A DNA stretch of 64,000 nucleotides from an uncultured Chloroflexia bacterium (GCA_963759135.1 CAVWXU010000002.1:2360-66359), one strand, 5' to 3'. Positions 38,330-48,097 are shown, counted from the stretch's first letter. Numbers and translations: made by a program. Notes: generated from the sequence alone by a model not told the origin.

Positions 38330-39347
38330 TCAGCGCCGCTGTGCCACGCGGACGTACAGGACCGAGGCCCCGGCCGTGAGGGCGCCGAGCGCGACCACGG
38401 CAAGCGCGGCGAGAATCGGCTGCCCGACGAAGCTGGGCGGGGTTTCGCTCGACCGCGTGTCGCCTCCGGCGATGGCCAGGGGAGAGGGCGAAGCCCCGCC
38501 GGCCGCGAACGACGCAGCCGACGACGGCGCGACCCCGCCGGCCGCGAACGATGCCGCGACGCCGCTGCCACGCCGGCGAACCGCCAGCGGCCTGCACCGG
38601 CGAACCGCCAGCGGCCCGCACCGGTCCGACGAGCGCGACGGCCAGGGCGGCGACGAGCAGGAGGCATCCAGCGGCCAGCAGCGCGGCCGCTCCGGCTGCA
38701 CGAGCTCGGTTGCCCTCCCCGAGCACGCGCATCGCCTCGGGCAGTTCGAGCGTGCACACGATGAGCGGGCGGCCCGCGCCGGCCGTCAGCATGGGTCGTC
38801 CGCTCGAGTCGAGCGCGGGGACGCCGGCCACGTAGGCGTGCTCGACCGCCGACACCTGCTCGACCAGCAGCCGCATCGGGCGCTCGGGCGGCGTGCCGGC
38901 TGGAGCTACCTGCGGGACCTCGCCGGCCGTGCCCCGCGACTCGCGGGGCAGGACCACCAGCCCGTCGCCCAGCGCGTCCATGTCGATGCCGATCGCGACT
39001 CCGCGCGCCGCGATCCCGAACGGCACGGCTTCGCGCCGGTCCTCGATGGACTCCCAGTCGGCCCCGGCGCCGAGCTGCACACGTCGTCTCCTGTAGACGA
39101 GCGGCCGGTCGTGCTCGTCGGGGAAGTCGTCGTCGCTCGAGACGCGACCATGAGCCCGCATGTACGTCCGCCGGCCCGCCCTGGCCGCCTCCTCGACCTC
39201 CGCGAGGGTCGCCTCAGGGGCGGCTCGCAGTGTGCGGCCGATCCGGTACCCTCGGCCGAATCCGCGCAGGACGAGTGCGCCGAGGACCAGCGCGACGATG
39301 CCGGACGCGGCAAGGACGGCGGCGATCACGTCGGGCGATGCTAGCAC
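38330..39347 (-). CDS. membrane protein with N- and C-terminal TM anchors, internal tandem duplications, apparent frameshift near 38570
   Basis: The GTG start is at 39347 (VLASPDVIAAVLAASGIVALVLG). The C-terminal anchor PILAALAVVALGALTAGASVLYV is in another frame and ends at 38330. There are 24-bp x2 (38573-38620) and about 39-bp x2 repeats around the junction. Confidence 0.5.
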
Positions 39348-39471
39348 CGGTCACCTGTGCTGCCCGTGACGCCGGGCATGGAAGCGCCCGAAGGAACCTC
39401 CGCGAACTCACGTGGGCGTTGATGTCATCGCCGCCGTTAGTGATCGCTCCTGACCCCTTCGGGCCGGGCTT

Positions 39472-39500
39472 ACGCTACGCACGCCCGGCACCCGAGTCAA
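39472..39500 (-). promoter_or_regulatory. candidate sigma-70-type promoter (TTGACT-17nt-TAGCGT)
   Basis: Read on the minus strand in the 305-bp lower-GC gap upstream of the gene starting at 39347. It would give a leader of about 115 nt. Confidence 0.25.
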
Positions 39501-39652
39501 TCGCATTGTCCACAGCCGGGCCGACGTCTCCCCCGACTTATCCACCGCCGGTCCACCTGCACGCACCTTCCCGACGCACCGACGAAGTGCCGGGCCGCGT
39601 CAGCGCGCAGGCGTCGCTGCGAGCTCCGCCCGCCCGGCCCTGCGTGGCGACA

Positions 39653-40225
39653 TCACAGCGCGCGACCGGTGGTCGGGTCGAACGCGGAGACCTGCCCACC
39701 GTAGCTCGTCAGGACCAGCCGGCCGCCGACCAGCTGGGCCCCGGTCACCACATCGGAGTGGGCGAGCCGCCACGCCACCGAGCCGTCCGCTTGCACGGCG
39801 ACCGTGTCGATCTCCGACTGGACGAGCACATGGTCGACCCGCGAGCTCCCGAGGACGTCGATGATCGGCGCGCCGGCCTCCCGCGACCAGCGGAGTTCCC
39901 CGGTCCGGGCGACGAGCCCGTAGCACCGGAAGCCGAACTTCGCCACCAGGAGCGACGGCACGTCCCAGAAGAAGGCGGTCGGCCCGTCGAAGATCGGTGA
40001 CGCAAAGCGGGCGGTCCAGCTCCCCGTCGGGGCCTCGACACGCATCTCGGCGCGGCAGAGGCGGTCGGGGTCCGGCGACACGAGCGAACCGTGGTCGTCC
40101 AGTCGGCCGCCGCTCTCGGACAGCGCGAACACGTCGGCTGCATGCCCGGTCCCGGCCCAGCGGAACCGGATCGTCAGGCCTCCCGGGTAGCGAACCGTGG
40201 AGCGATGGACGTCGGCGCCGGTCAC
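39653..40225 (-). CDS. hypothetical protein (beta-rich)
   Basis: 190 aa. The GTG start overlaps the YbaK-like stop (GTGA at 40222-40225). I see no recognisable motif. Confidence 0.5.
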   Translation of the reverse strand: MTGADVHRSTVRYPGGLTIRFRWAGTGHAADVFALSESGGRLDDHGSLVSPDPDRLCRAEMRVEAPTGSWTARFASPIFDGPTAFFWDVPSLLVAKFGFRCYGLVARTGELRWSREAGAPIIDVLGSSRVDHVLVQSEIDTVAVQADGSVAWRLAHSDVVTGAQLVGGRLVLTSYGGQVSAFDPTTGRAL

Positions 40226-40860
40226 GCGCCGCCGAGGGAGCCGGTTGCCCGCACGCGTTCACCGATCCGGCCGGGCTGTCCCAGGGGCGCATTCCCCTCC
40301 GCGGGCGCACTCCCCTCCGCGGGCGCACTCCCCTCAGCGGGCGCTCTCCCCTCAGCAGGCGCGCTCACGTCCGCGATCGGGGCGACGGTCGCGTTGGCCA
40401 GCATTCTCAGCGTGCCGGGAGAGACGGGAAAGACGGCGTTCTGCGTGCCGGCGGCGGCCCAGACCGTTTCGTGCCTGCCCAGCCCCGGATCCATCACGAC
40501 CCGGATCGGGCGCTCGTGCCCGAAGGGCGGGATGCCGCCGATCACGAACCCCGTCAGGGCGCTTGCCTCCTTCGCCGTCGCCCTGCGCACCCCCGGCTCG
40601 CCCAGGACCGCGGCGAGCTGCGCGACGTTGACCCGGTCCGGGCCGGCGACCAGCACCACAAAGGGTTCCAGCCGGCCCTCGTCCCGCGGCGCAACGAACA
40701 CGAGACTCTTGACGATCTGTCCAAGCTCGGCCCCGACGGCGCGAGCGGCTTCGTCGGCGGTGTGCGTGCTCTCCGGGAAGGTCACGATCTCGATGGTCAC
40801 GCCCTTGCGGGCCGCGGTCTCGAGGACGCGACGTGACGGCGGAGCGAGCGGATCGGGCAC
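40222..40860 (-). CDS. YbaK/EbsC-type aminoacyl-tRNA deacylase domain protein with C-terminal APAEGx repeats
   Basis: A YbaK-like core is present (VKSLVFV...FVVLVAGPDRVN...TGFVIGGIPPFGH). The tail is SAPAEGRAPAEGSAPAEGSAPAEGNAP. Confidence 0.7.
   Translation of the reverse strand: MPDPLAPPSRRVLETAARKGVTIEIVTFPESTHTADEAARAVGAELGQIVKSLVFVAPRDEGRLEPFVVLVAGPDRVNVAQLAAVLGEPGVRRATAKEASALTGFVIGGIPPFGHERPIRVVMDPGLGRHETVWAAAGTQNAVFPVSPGTLRMLANATVAPIADVSAPAEGRAPAEGSAPAEGSAPAEGNAPLGQPGRIGERVRATGSLGGA
40283..40372. repeat. tandem repeat, about 4.5 x 18 bp, coding (APAEGx)
   Basis: GCGGGCGCACTCCCCTCC-type units were read directly at 40283, 40301, 40319, 40337 and 40355 (the last is degenerate). Confidence 0.9.
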
Positions 40861-40888
40861 GGCGGCGAGTCTATCACGGCACCTGGGC

Positions 40889-40936
40889 GCGACCGGCCCG
40901 CCTGCGGACCGGCCCGCCTTCGCGACCGGCCCGCCT
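40889..40936. repeat. 3 x ~16-bp tandem repeat (GCGACCGGCCCGCCT) in a divergent promoter region
   Basis: Read directly between the YbaK-like start (40860) and the HAD start (41015). Confidence 0.85.
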
Positions 40937-41014
40937 CCGGCCTACCTTCTGGCCGCGACGCCGCCCTCGACAGCCTCCGGCCCACGCGGTCGTTCGCGCT
41001 GCGAGAATGAGGGC

Positions 41015-41707
41015 ATGCGATTCCCGGGGTGGGGAGGCCCACCACGCGAGGTGCTGCGCGCGATGGACGAGCGCCCGGTCTGGGCGTTCGACTGGGACGG
41101 CACGCTCATCGATTCGATCGCCCGGACGAGGGCCACCTACCGGCAGATCTTCAGGGAACTCGACCTCCCGTTCGACGACGCGCTGTTCCGGAAGCACTAC
41201 GCGCCCGACTGGCGCCGCATGTACCAGAGCCTGGGGATACCCGCCGAGCTCTGGCCCCGCATCGACCGGCGCTGGGTGGAGCTCTTCGAGACCGAGGTGT
41301 CGGCGCTGGTGCCGGGCGCGGTCGAGGCGCTCGCCTGGCTGCGCGAACAGGGCCGCCGCCTGGCGCTCGTGACCGCGGGACACAGGGAGCGGCTCGAGCT
41401 GGAGCTGAAGGCGACCGGGCTCGCGACGCTCTTTGACACCGAGGTGTTCGGCAACGAGGTTCCACACCAGAAGCCAGACCCGGCGCCGCTGCTGATGGCC
41501 TCGCGCTATCTCAAGGTGGCGCCGGCCGACATGATCCTCGTCGCCGATGCGAGCGACGACATGCTCATGGCACGACGCGCGGGGGCTCTGCCCGTGGGCG
41601 TCCTGACCGGGGCTGCCCGGTCGCGCGGCCTCAGGGCGGGCGGGGCGCGGTGGGTCGCGAAGGACGTCACGGCGGCGATCGCGGCCCTGCGCGACGGCGC
41701 CCGGTAG
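41015..41707 (+). CDS. HAD-superfamily hydrolase (phosphoglycolate phosphatase-like)
   Basis: Motif I is WAFDWDGTLIDS, motif II is LALVTAG, and motif III/IV is KPDPAP...ILVADASDD. I trimmed to ATG 41015. Confidence 0.8.
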   Translation: MRFPGWGGPPREVLRAMDERPVWAFDWDGTLIDSIARTRATYRQIFRELDLPFDDALFRKHYAPDWRRMYQSLGIPAELWPRIDRRWVELFETEVSALVPGAVEALAWLREQGRRLALVTAGHRERLELELKATGLATLFDTEVFGNEVPHQKPDPAPLLMASRYLKVAPADMILVADASDDMLMARRAGALPVGVLTGAARSRGLRAGGARWVAKDVTAAIAALRDGAR

Positions 41708-41739
41708 GCGGCGAGTAGTAGCATTCCGCCACAACCGAA

Positions 41740-41840
41740 GAGCGGACAGGGGAGCGCCATGCGGTGGCGCTGAGAGTGCGGCCGGTGCCGCAGACCCTCG
41801 GAACCTGATCTGGGTCGTACCAGCGAAGGGAGTCCAGGAG
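41740..41840 (+). ncRNA. TPP (THI-box) riboswitch
   Basis: ACAGGGGAGCGCC...GCGCTGAGAGTGCGG...AGACCCTCGGAACCTGATCTGGGTCGTACCAGCGAAGGGAGTCC matches the conserved THI-box cores (GGGG-GC, CUGAGA, ACCUGAUCUGG-UA-UACCAGCG-AGGGA). Confidence 0.9.
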
Positions 41841-41872
41841 CGCGACCTCTGTCCGAACGGACGGAGGTCGCG
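41841..41872 (+). promoter_or_regulatory. riboswitch expression platform: hairpin sequestering the SD of thiN
   Basis: CGCGACCTC (41841-49) pairs perfectly with GAGGTCGCG (41864-72). The 3' arm holds GGAGG, 5 nt before GTG 41873. Confidence 0.5.
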
Positions 41873-42600
41873 GTGCACCAGGGGTCGCTCAAGGCGCTGC
41901 TCGTCGGCAACGGGCGCGTGCCTCCGCGGTCGCGCCTGGCGGCGCACGTCTTCGACGACGTCGGGCTGATCGTCGCGGCCGACGCCGGAGCGTCGCGATG
42001 CCTCGAGCTCGGCCTGCGGCCGGACCTGGTGGTGGGCGATCTCGACTCGGCCGACCCGGCCGACATCCAGGTGCTCGAACGTGCCGGCGTCGAGATCCGC
42101 CGGGTGCCGGCCGAGAAGGACGAGAGCGATCTCGAGCTGGCCCTGCGCGCGGCCATCGAGCGCGGCGCCCGCCGCGTGATCGCACTCGGGGCGCTCGGCG
42201 GTCCCCGGGTCGAACATGCCCTCGCCGCCATCTGGCTGCTGGCGCTGGCCGCCGGCAGGGGGTCGACCTGTCCATCGTTGACGACCGGTCCGCGCTGTGG
42301 GTGCTGGTGGGCGGATCGGCTCCCGGCGCGCCTTCACGCGCCGAGATCACGGGGACGCCGGGGGACTTCGTCTCGCTGTTTCCCTTCGGCGGCGACGTGG
42401 AGGGCGTCTCCACCGTCGGACTGCGCTACCCGCTGCACGACGAGCCCCTTCGCGTCGGCCCGTCACGGGGCCTGTCCAACGAGCTCGTGGACCGGGCCGC
42501 CATGGTGTCGTGCCGCGAGGGCCGCCTGCTGATCGTCCACACGCGCCGGTCGGCCACCGAGCCGGCCCGCGAACAGGGCAGTGAGGAGAGCATCCGATGA
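41873..42600 (+). CDS. thiN: thiamine pyrophosphokinase, apparent frameshift at the G5 run 42258-42262
   Basis: The N-terminal catalytic domain (LLVGNG...DLVVGDLDS...EKDESDLELAL) is in one frame. The C-terminal thiamine-binding domain (GDFVSLFPFGGDVEGVSTVGLRYPLHDEPL...RGLSNE) is in the next frame. One extra G would restore GRGVDLSIVDD. Confidence 0.75.
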
Positions 42601-43193
42601 CCGACCGAACCGCGTCGCGAGGGGTTGGGCTGACGCCGCCGGACACCCGCTGGCGCACACGGGACATCGTGGTGACGGCGGTGATCGCCGTCGCCTTCGG
42701 CGTCGTGTTCTGGGCCTGGGACACGGTGTGGAACGTCGCGGCTCCGCTGTTCGCGGCGGCCAAACCCCTGGAGTACGTGATCAGCGGCGTCTGGCTCATG
42801 CCCGCCGTGATCGCGGCGCTGATCGTGCGGAAGCCCGGGGCGGCCCTGTTCGCAGAGCTCGTCGCGGCCATCGTCTCGGCGCTCCTGGGCAACGTCTGGG
42901 GCCTGGACGTGGTGCTCTCCGGCTTCGTCCAGGGGACGGGTGCCGAGCTGGTGTTCGCCTTCACGCTGTACCGCTCGTTCGGGTTGCCGGTGGCGCTCAT
43001 CGCGGGCGGCCTCGCGGGCGCGGGCGAGGCGTTGCACGACCTGCCCGTCTACTACCCGGCCAACGGGATCCCGTTCCAGGCGTCGGTCGCCTTCCTGGAG
43101 ATCGTTTCCGGCGTCGTGATCGCCGGGTACGGTGGGTGGCTGCTCGTCCGCGCGCTGCGCCGGGCCGGCGTGCTGGAGGGCTTTCCGAGCTGA
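42597..43193 (+). CDS. ykoE: ECF transporter S component, YkoE-like (HMP/thiamine)
   Basis: 198 aa with 5-6 TM helices. ATG overlaps the thiN stop (ATGA). It is followed by a duplicated ECF ATPase and a T component under a TPP riboswitch. Confidence 0.65.
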   Translation: MTDRTASRGVGLTPPDTRWRTRDIVVTAVIAVAFGVVFWAWDTVWNVAAPLFAAAKPLEYVISGVWLMPAVIAALIVRKPGAALFAELVAAIVSALLGNVWGLDVVLSGFVQGTGAELVFAFTLYRSFGLPVALIAGGLAGAGEALHDLPVYYPANGIPFQASVAFLEIVSGVVIAGYGGWLLVRALRRAGVLEGFPS

Positions 43194-44818
43194 CGCCCAC
43201 GGTCGCGGATCAGCCTGGAGCCGCCGGGTTCGGGAACGACGGTACGAGCGGCACGCCACCGTCGATCGTCGCGCGCGAGTTCGGGTGGACATATCGGGGC
43301 CGCACGAGGCCGGCCCTGGCCGGGCTGTCGTTCGATGTTCCCCCGGCCCACGTTCTGCTCGTGATCGGCCCGTCGGGGAGCGGCAAGAGCACGCTCGCTC
43401 GCGCCCTGGCGGGGCTGGTGCCGCACGAACTGCCGGGCGCATGGTGCGGCTTCCTGCGTGTCGGCGACCTCGACATCGCCGCGACGCCGGCGCGGGTCCT
43501 GGGCGGCCGAACGGGGATCGTGTTCCAGGAGCCCGAGAGCCAGCTCGTGATGCCGCGCGTCGAGGACGAGGTCGCCTTCGGCCTGGAGAACCGCGGCTGG
43601 GGGCGGCTGGCCATGAAGGCACGCGTCCCCGAGGCGCTCGAGCTCGTCGGCCTCGCCGGGTTCGAGACACGGGCCACCGCGGCGCTCTCGGGCGGCGAAC
43701 AGCAGCGGCTCGCCATCGCCGACGTACTCGCTCCCATGCCCGGGCTGCTCGTCCTGGACGAGCCGACGGCGAACCTGGATCCGCCGGGCATGCACGGCGT
43801 GTTCGAACGGCTGACCGGCATCGCGTCGGCCCGGGCCCGGACGCTGGTCATCATCGAGCATCGCCTCGACGCGGCGCTCCCGCTGGCGGACCTCGTCCTG
43901 CTGCTCGACGCCGGCGGCCGGCAGCTCGCGTTCGGCCCTCCCGGCGAGGTCGGTCGCGCGCACGCGGAGGAACTCGCCCGACTCGGGAGCTGGGTCCCTC
44001 GCGCCTGGCAGGCGTGGACGGCCGCCGAGCCGCCCGTCCTCAAGCCCGAGCCGGCGCAACCCCCCGCGGCTCGCGCCGTCCTCGTCGCCGACTCCGTGAC
44101 CGTCCGGTACCCGAGGACCGCCGAGGGGGGTGATCGGGTCGCCGTCGCCGCCGTCTCGCTCGTCCTCAACGCCGGGGAGCGCGTCGCGCTGGTGGGGCCG
44201 AACGGGTCGGGCAAGTCGACACTGCTCTTCGCGCTCGGCGGTCTGCGCCGGCCCTCCAGCGGCACGGTGCGGGTCGCCGAACGGGGAGGACCGCCCGACC
44301 GGGACCCCGCCCGGCTGCCCGGCAGGTTGCTGGCGCGCGTGCTCGGCCTCGTGTTCCAGAACCCGGAGCTCGGGTTCGTCGCGTCCACGTGCGCGGGGGA
44401 AGTCGCCGCGAGCCTGCCCGTGCTCGGCCGCCCTGCCGACGCCTCGGACCCGGACGTCGTCCGTGCGCTCCGTGACTTCGGCCTCGAGGCGCTCGCCGGC
44501 GAGGATCCCTTCCGCCTGAGCGAGGGCGAGCAGAGGCGCCTGGGGATCGCCGCCGCGAGCGTGATCGGGCCGTCGATCCTCCTGGTCGACGAGCCCACGT
44601 TCGCCCTGGACCGCCGCGGCGCGGAGGCAGTCGTGGCTCAGCTCGACCGGCTCCGGACCGGCGGCCAGGCGCAGCTGCTGGCGACCCACGATCCGCGGCT
44701 GATCCCAGCGTGCGACCGTGTCGTCGCCCTGGACCGGGGGCGCGCGATCTTCGACGGGTCGGCCGCGGAGTTTCTGGCCCATCCGCCGTTCCGCCCGGCG
44801 GGGCCGTGGCGAGGGTGA
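43136..44818 (+). CDS. ykoD: ECF transporter duplicated ATPase (YkoD-like)
   Basis: There are two ABC ATPase domains (GPSGSGKST...LSGGEQQRL...LVLDEP; GPNGSGKST...LSEGEQRRL...LLVDEP). The start is uncertain: GTG 43136 is the only canonical candidate, and the domain itself begins around 43270. Confidence 0.85.
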   Translation: MAARPRAAPGRRAGGLSELTPTVADQPGAAGFGNDGTSGTPPSIVAREFGWTYRGRTRPALAGLSFDVPPAHVLLVIGPSGSGKSTLARALAGLVPHELPGAWCGFLRVGDLDIAATPARVLGGRTGIVFQEPESQLVMPRVEDEVAFGLENRGWGRLAMKARVPEALELVGLAGFETRATAALSGGEQQRLAIADVLAPMPGLLVLDEPTANLDPPGMHGVFERLTGIASARARTLVIIEHRLDAALPLADLVLLLDAGGRQLAFGPPGEVGRAHAEELARLGSWVPRAWQAWTAAEPPVLKPEPAQPPAARAVLVADSVTVRYPRTAEGGDRVAVAAVSLVLNAGERVALVGPNGSGKSTLLFALGGLRRPSSGTVRVAERGGPPDRDPARLPGRLLARVLGLVFQNPELGFVASTCAGEVAASLPVLGRPADASDPDVVRALRDFGLEALAGEDPFRLSEGEQRRLGIAAASVIGPSILLVDEPTFALDRRGAEAVVAQLDRLRTGGQAQLLATHDPRLIPACDRVVALDRGRAIFDGSAAEFLAHPPFRPAGPWRG

Positions 44819-44822
44819 TCGC

Positions 44823-45612
44823 GTGAGCTTCCTTCCAGCGCCCCTGGAACCAATCCGGCCGGCGCTGCTGACCCGCGTCGCGCCCGTCACGCGGCTCGTC
44901 GTGGGGATCAGCCTGGCTCGGGGTCGCGGTGGTCGCCGCGGGTCCCGCCGTCCCGTTGGTCCTCGCCGCGGCCGGCGTCGGTTCGCTCGTGCTGCTCTCC
45001 GGCCTGCCCCTCCAACGAGTGCCGGGGCGACTCGCGCCGCTCGGCCTGGCTGCGCTCGGGCTCGGCCTGCTCACGGTGCTGGTCAATCCCGCCAACGGCG
45101 ATCCGGCCGCGCGTGTCGCGATGGCCGCGGGCCCGCTGCGGGTGACCGAGACGGCGCTCTGGGCCGGTGCGACCATCGCCCTGCGCCTCGCGGTGATCGC
45201 ACTGGTCAGCCTCCTCGCCTTCGCGACGTCGGATCCGACCCGCCTGGCGGACTCGCTGGTTCAGCAGTGGCGTGTGCCGTACCGGTTCGCCTACGGCACG
45301 CTGGCTGCCCTCAGGATCGTTCCGCTCCTCGCGGCGGACTGGACGGCGATCGGGACGGTCCGCCGGCTGCGGGGGATCGAGCCGCGCGGAGTCCTCGGAA
45401 GGGTGGGTGCCTTCGGGCGCCGGCTCATGGTGCTCCTGGTCAGTGGCATCCGGCGGGCCGAACGCATGGCGCTGGCGATGGACGCGCGCGGGTTCGACGG
45501 GGACCAGCCGCGCGGAGTGTTCCGGCCAGTCTCGCTCGGGTGGCTTGACGCGGCGGTGCTTGCCGGGGGACTCGCGATCGCGATGGCCGCGCTGGCCGTC
45601 GGCATGCGCTGA
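44823..45612 (+). CDS. ykoC: ECF transporter T component (EcfT/CbiQ, YkoC-like), apparent frameshift at the G4 run 44920-44923
   Basis: From GTG 44823 the N-terminus reads SFLPAPLEPIRPALLTRVAPVTRLVVGISLA. The remainder, including the ARG motif region (RRAERMALAMDARGF), is in the ORF 44929-45612. Confidence 0.7.
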
Positions 45613-45629
45613 CGCGGTACGATCCGACG

Positions 45630-46358
45630 ATGGCAGGCGGACCGACACTCCACACCGAGCGCCCCCAGAGCCTCCTGGTCATCGTGGCGCACCCGGACGA
45701 CGCGGATTTCGGGCCTGCGGCGACGGTCGCGAGCTGGATCGACCGGGGCTCCGTGGCGGAGCTGGTGTGCTGCACGAGCGGTGACGCCGGCTCGGACGAC
45801 GCGGACACCGACCCGGTCCAGCTGGCGCTCCTGCGGGAGCGTGAGCAGCGTGCCGCCGCCAACGTGATCGGATATCGGGCCGTCCATTTCCTGCACCAGC
45901 CGGACGGAGCGCTCGAGAACGACCTGCCGCTGCGCGAGGAGCTGGTCCGCATCATCCGGGAGATGCGGCCGGACGCCGTGATGACGTCGGACCCGACACA
46001 CCTGTTCACTGCGGACGGTTTCGTGCAGCACACCGACCACCGGGCGGCGGGGAGCGCCGCAGTCGATGCCGTCTATCCGGCTGCGAGAAACGCGATGGCG
46101 TTTCCGCACCTGGCGAAGTCGGGCCTGGCGCCGCACGTGGTCCGGAGGCTGTACCTCTTCTGGCCGGGCGAGCCCGACGAGTGGGTGGACGTTTCCGGGT
46201 ACGTCGATCGCAAGATGCTCGCGTTGCGGGAGCATGCCAGCCAGCTGCGGGACCCGGCGGCAGTCGACGAGCGCGTACGTGCGCGGCTGGCGGAGCAGGG
46301 TGCGCTGGTGGGGGTGCCCGCCGCCGAGCCGTTCCGGGTCATCCGGATCGAACGCTGA
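45630..46358 (+). CDS. PIG-L/LmbE-family deacetylase
   Basis: LLVIVAHPDDADFG and the HTDHRAAG motifs are present. Confidence 0.85.
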   Translation: MAGGPTLHTERPQSLLVIVAHPDDADFGPAATVASWIDRGSVAELVCCTSGDAGSDDADTDPVQLALLREREQRAAANVIGYRAVHFLHQPDGALENDLPLREELVRIIREMRPDAVMTSDPTHLFTADGFVQHTDHRAAGSAAVDAVYPAARNAMAFPHLAKSGLAPHVVRRLYLFWPGEPDEWVDVSGYVDRKMLALREHASQLRDPAAVDERVRARLAEQGALVGVPAAEPFRVIRIER

Positions 46359-46373
46359 CCGCCCGACCCGCCG

Positions 46374-47483
46374 TCAGCGTGCCGCGGCCGCGAGGAGCGG
46401 CCGCACGCGTCCCCATTGGTCCCAGAGCGTGGTGAGCCCGGGCGCACGGCGGCCCAGCAGCTCCACCATCTGCCCGAGCGTCAGGTCGGGCGCGCCGGCA
46501 AGGACGAACTCCTCGACCGCGACGTGCGCTCCGTCCAGCAGCTGGGGGATCTCGGCGGCAGCGGGCCAGCGCCGGATGCGCCGCGGGTCCATCCGTGCGT
46601 ACCCGATCGCCAGCGCCAGGTCACGGGCCGAAGGAAGCCGGCCGTCCGCAAAGCCTCCCCGGCCGTCGTATCGATAGCCGAGGCTGGCCAGCGCCACGGC
46701 GATCTCGCGCGCCTCCTCCGGCGAGAACGTCGACCAGAACGGGTGATCCCTCGGCGGGTCGACCAGTGCCGCGTCGATGGCGGCCGCAACCAGCGCGTCC
46801 CGAAGCGCAGACAGCTCCTGGAGCCACCTTCGCGCGTCCTGGGCCGAGTCCGCGGCAAGCGCCGCGACGACCTCGTCGAGCGCGCCGTCGTCGCCGTGCA
46901 GGATCTCGACCAGGTAGCTCCGGGGCTCTGCCATGTTGCGATCCGGGATGTCGCTGTCCGCCGCCGGCACGGGCGGAAGGGCACCGCCCGGCGCCCCTTC
47001 CTCGTGCGCGATCGTCGCGCCTGGCTTCTCACCGGCCGCATGGGGCGCGCCGGACGCCATCGACGCGGCGGCGCGCCGAGCGCCCCGCAGCTCCTCGCAC
47101 GCGGCCAGCGCCTCGCGCGCCTGATGCGCCTTGTCCTCGGCAGCCTCCAGCGCGATACGCGCCGCGTCGACCCGGTAGCCGCCGGCCTCGATCTCGGCCA
47201 CGAGCCGGGTGGCACGGCGGCGTTCGACGGAGGCCGTCCGCCGGGCCTCCTGCACCTGGACGTTAAGGTCGTTGATCGCGGCGAGCCAGCGCGTCGCTGC
47301 CTCCTCGACGTCCGACGCGCTGTGCGCGGAGGTGCGTGCGGCGCGGAACCGTCGCTGTGCCGCGTCCTTCTCCTCGAGCACGCGCCGCCTGTCCATGACC
47401 TCGGCGGCCGCCTGCGCGCTGGCCGTGGCGGCATCGTAGTCGCGCTGCAGCCCACGCTGACGGTCCAGCACGTCCTGGTTCAC
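46374..47483 (-). CDS. hypothetical protein, N-terminal coiled coil, conserved C-terminal domain
   Basis: 369 aa with a GTG start at 47483. The in-frame sequence upstream still looks coding (DRRLVRELSALVARART), so the true N-terminus may be longer or frame-disrupted. Confidence 0.6.
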   Translation of the reverse strand: MNQDVLDRQRGLQRDYDAATASAQAAAEVMDRRRVLEEKDAAQRRFRAARTSAHSASDVEEAATRWLAAINDLNVQVQEARRTASVERRRATRLVAEIEAGGYRVDAARIALEAAEDKAHQAREALAACEELRGARRAAASMASGAPHAAGEKPGATIAHEEGAPGGALPPVPAADSDIPDRNMAEPRSYLVEILHGDDGALDEVVAALAADSAQDARRWLQELSALRDALVAAAIDAALVDPPRDHPFWSTFSPEEAREIAVALASLGYRYDGRGGFADGRLPSARDLALAIGYARMDPRRIRRWPAAAEIPQLLDGAHVAVEEFVLAGAPDLTLGQMVELLGRRAPGLTTLWDQWGRVRPLLAAAAR

Positions 47484-47993
47484 AGTACGTGCGCGCGCGA
47501 CGAGTGCCGACAGCTCCCGGACCAGGCGACGGTCCCCGGCGCATTCGTCCTCGACACCTGACGATCCGTCGGACGGGTCCGCGCCGTCGCCCGGTCCGCG
47601 CCGACGCCCGTATCCGCGCCAACGTCACTCGGGCGGCGGACTCCCACCCGCCGACAACGGCCACGGTCAGGTCCGGCTGTCGAGGACGCGGGCGGAGGTT
47701 CGGCCGGTGCGGTCGGTTCCGGCTCGGTCGTCGCATTGGCGTCGCGCGACCCTCGCCCCACGAGCCGGCGCAGGATTCTGTCCACGCGGGACGGATTGGG
47801 GAGGCTCATCGCGAGCGAAGCAGTACGGCCGACGGTGGGCGTCGCATCCTGGAATGCGAGCCTACGGGCCGCCGGGCTCCGAGTCAACCGGACACCGGAC
47901 AGCGCGGGCCCTGTGGGTCCCGCGAGACAGTCGGCCCCAAGGAGCGGCTCCGGAGCTGAATGGCCCTCCCGCGAGGTGTCGAATGGGCATTCT

Positions 47994-48024
47994 TTGCACG
48001 ACTTTCGGCGGCCGATGGTAGATT
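47994..48024 (+). promoter_or_regulatory. candidate promoter of the Rieske/b6 operon (TTGCAC-19nt-TGGTAGATT extended -10)
   Basis: Read directly about 75 nt upstream of GTG 48098. The spacing is not ideal. Confidence 0.25.
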
Positions 48025-48097
48025 CCGCCCCTGCACCGACCACGCGGTCTCCCGGACCAACCAGCTCCATCCCCACAAGCGGAGAGCCGATCCGACC

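Noticed and set aside
39348-39652. 305-bp lower-GC gap as a possible small RNA gene.
   Set aside because: I could fold no conserved structure or known ncRNA motif. It contains a plausible promoter for the downstream gene, so I interpret it as promoter plus leader.
13399-44923. Programmed ribosomal frameshifting as an explanation for the frame breaks.
   Set aside because: No shared slippery heptamer or downstream pseudoknot is present. The sites are plain G/C runs in unrelated genes, including the middle of conserved catalytic domains. Indel error or mutation is far more parsimonious.
47480-47809. 109-aa ORF (MSLPNPSRVDRILRRLVG...) whose TGA overlaps the GTG start at 47483.
   Set aside because: Its distal half is Arg/Thr-rich and looks non-coding, while the frame of the downstream gene looks coding there. 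It is more likely the frame-shifted N-terminal extension of the 46374-47483 gene than a separate gene. I could not resolve it without reads or homologs.
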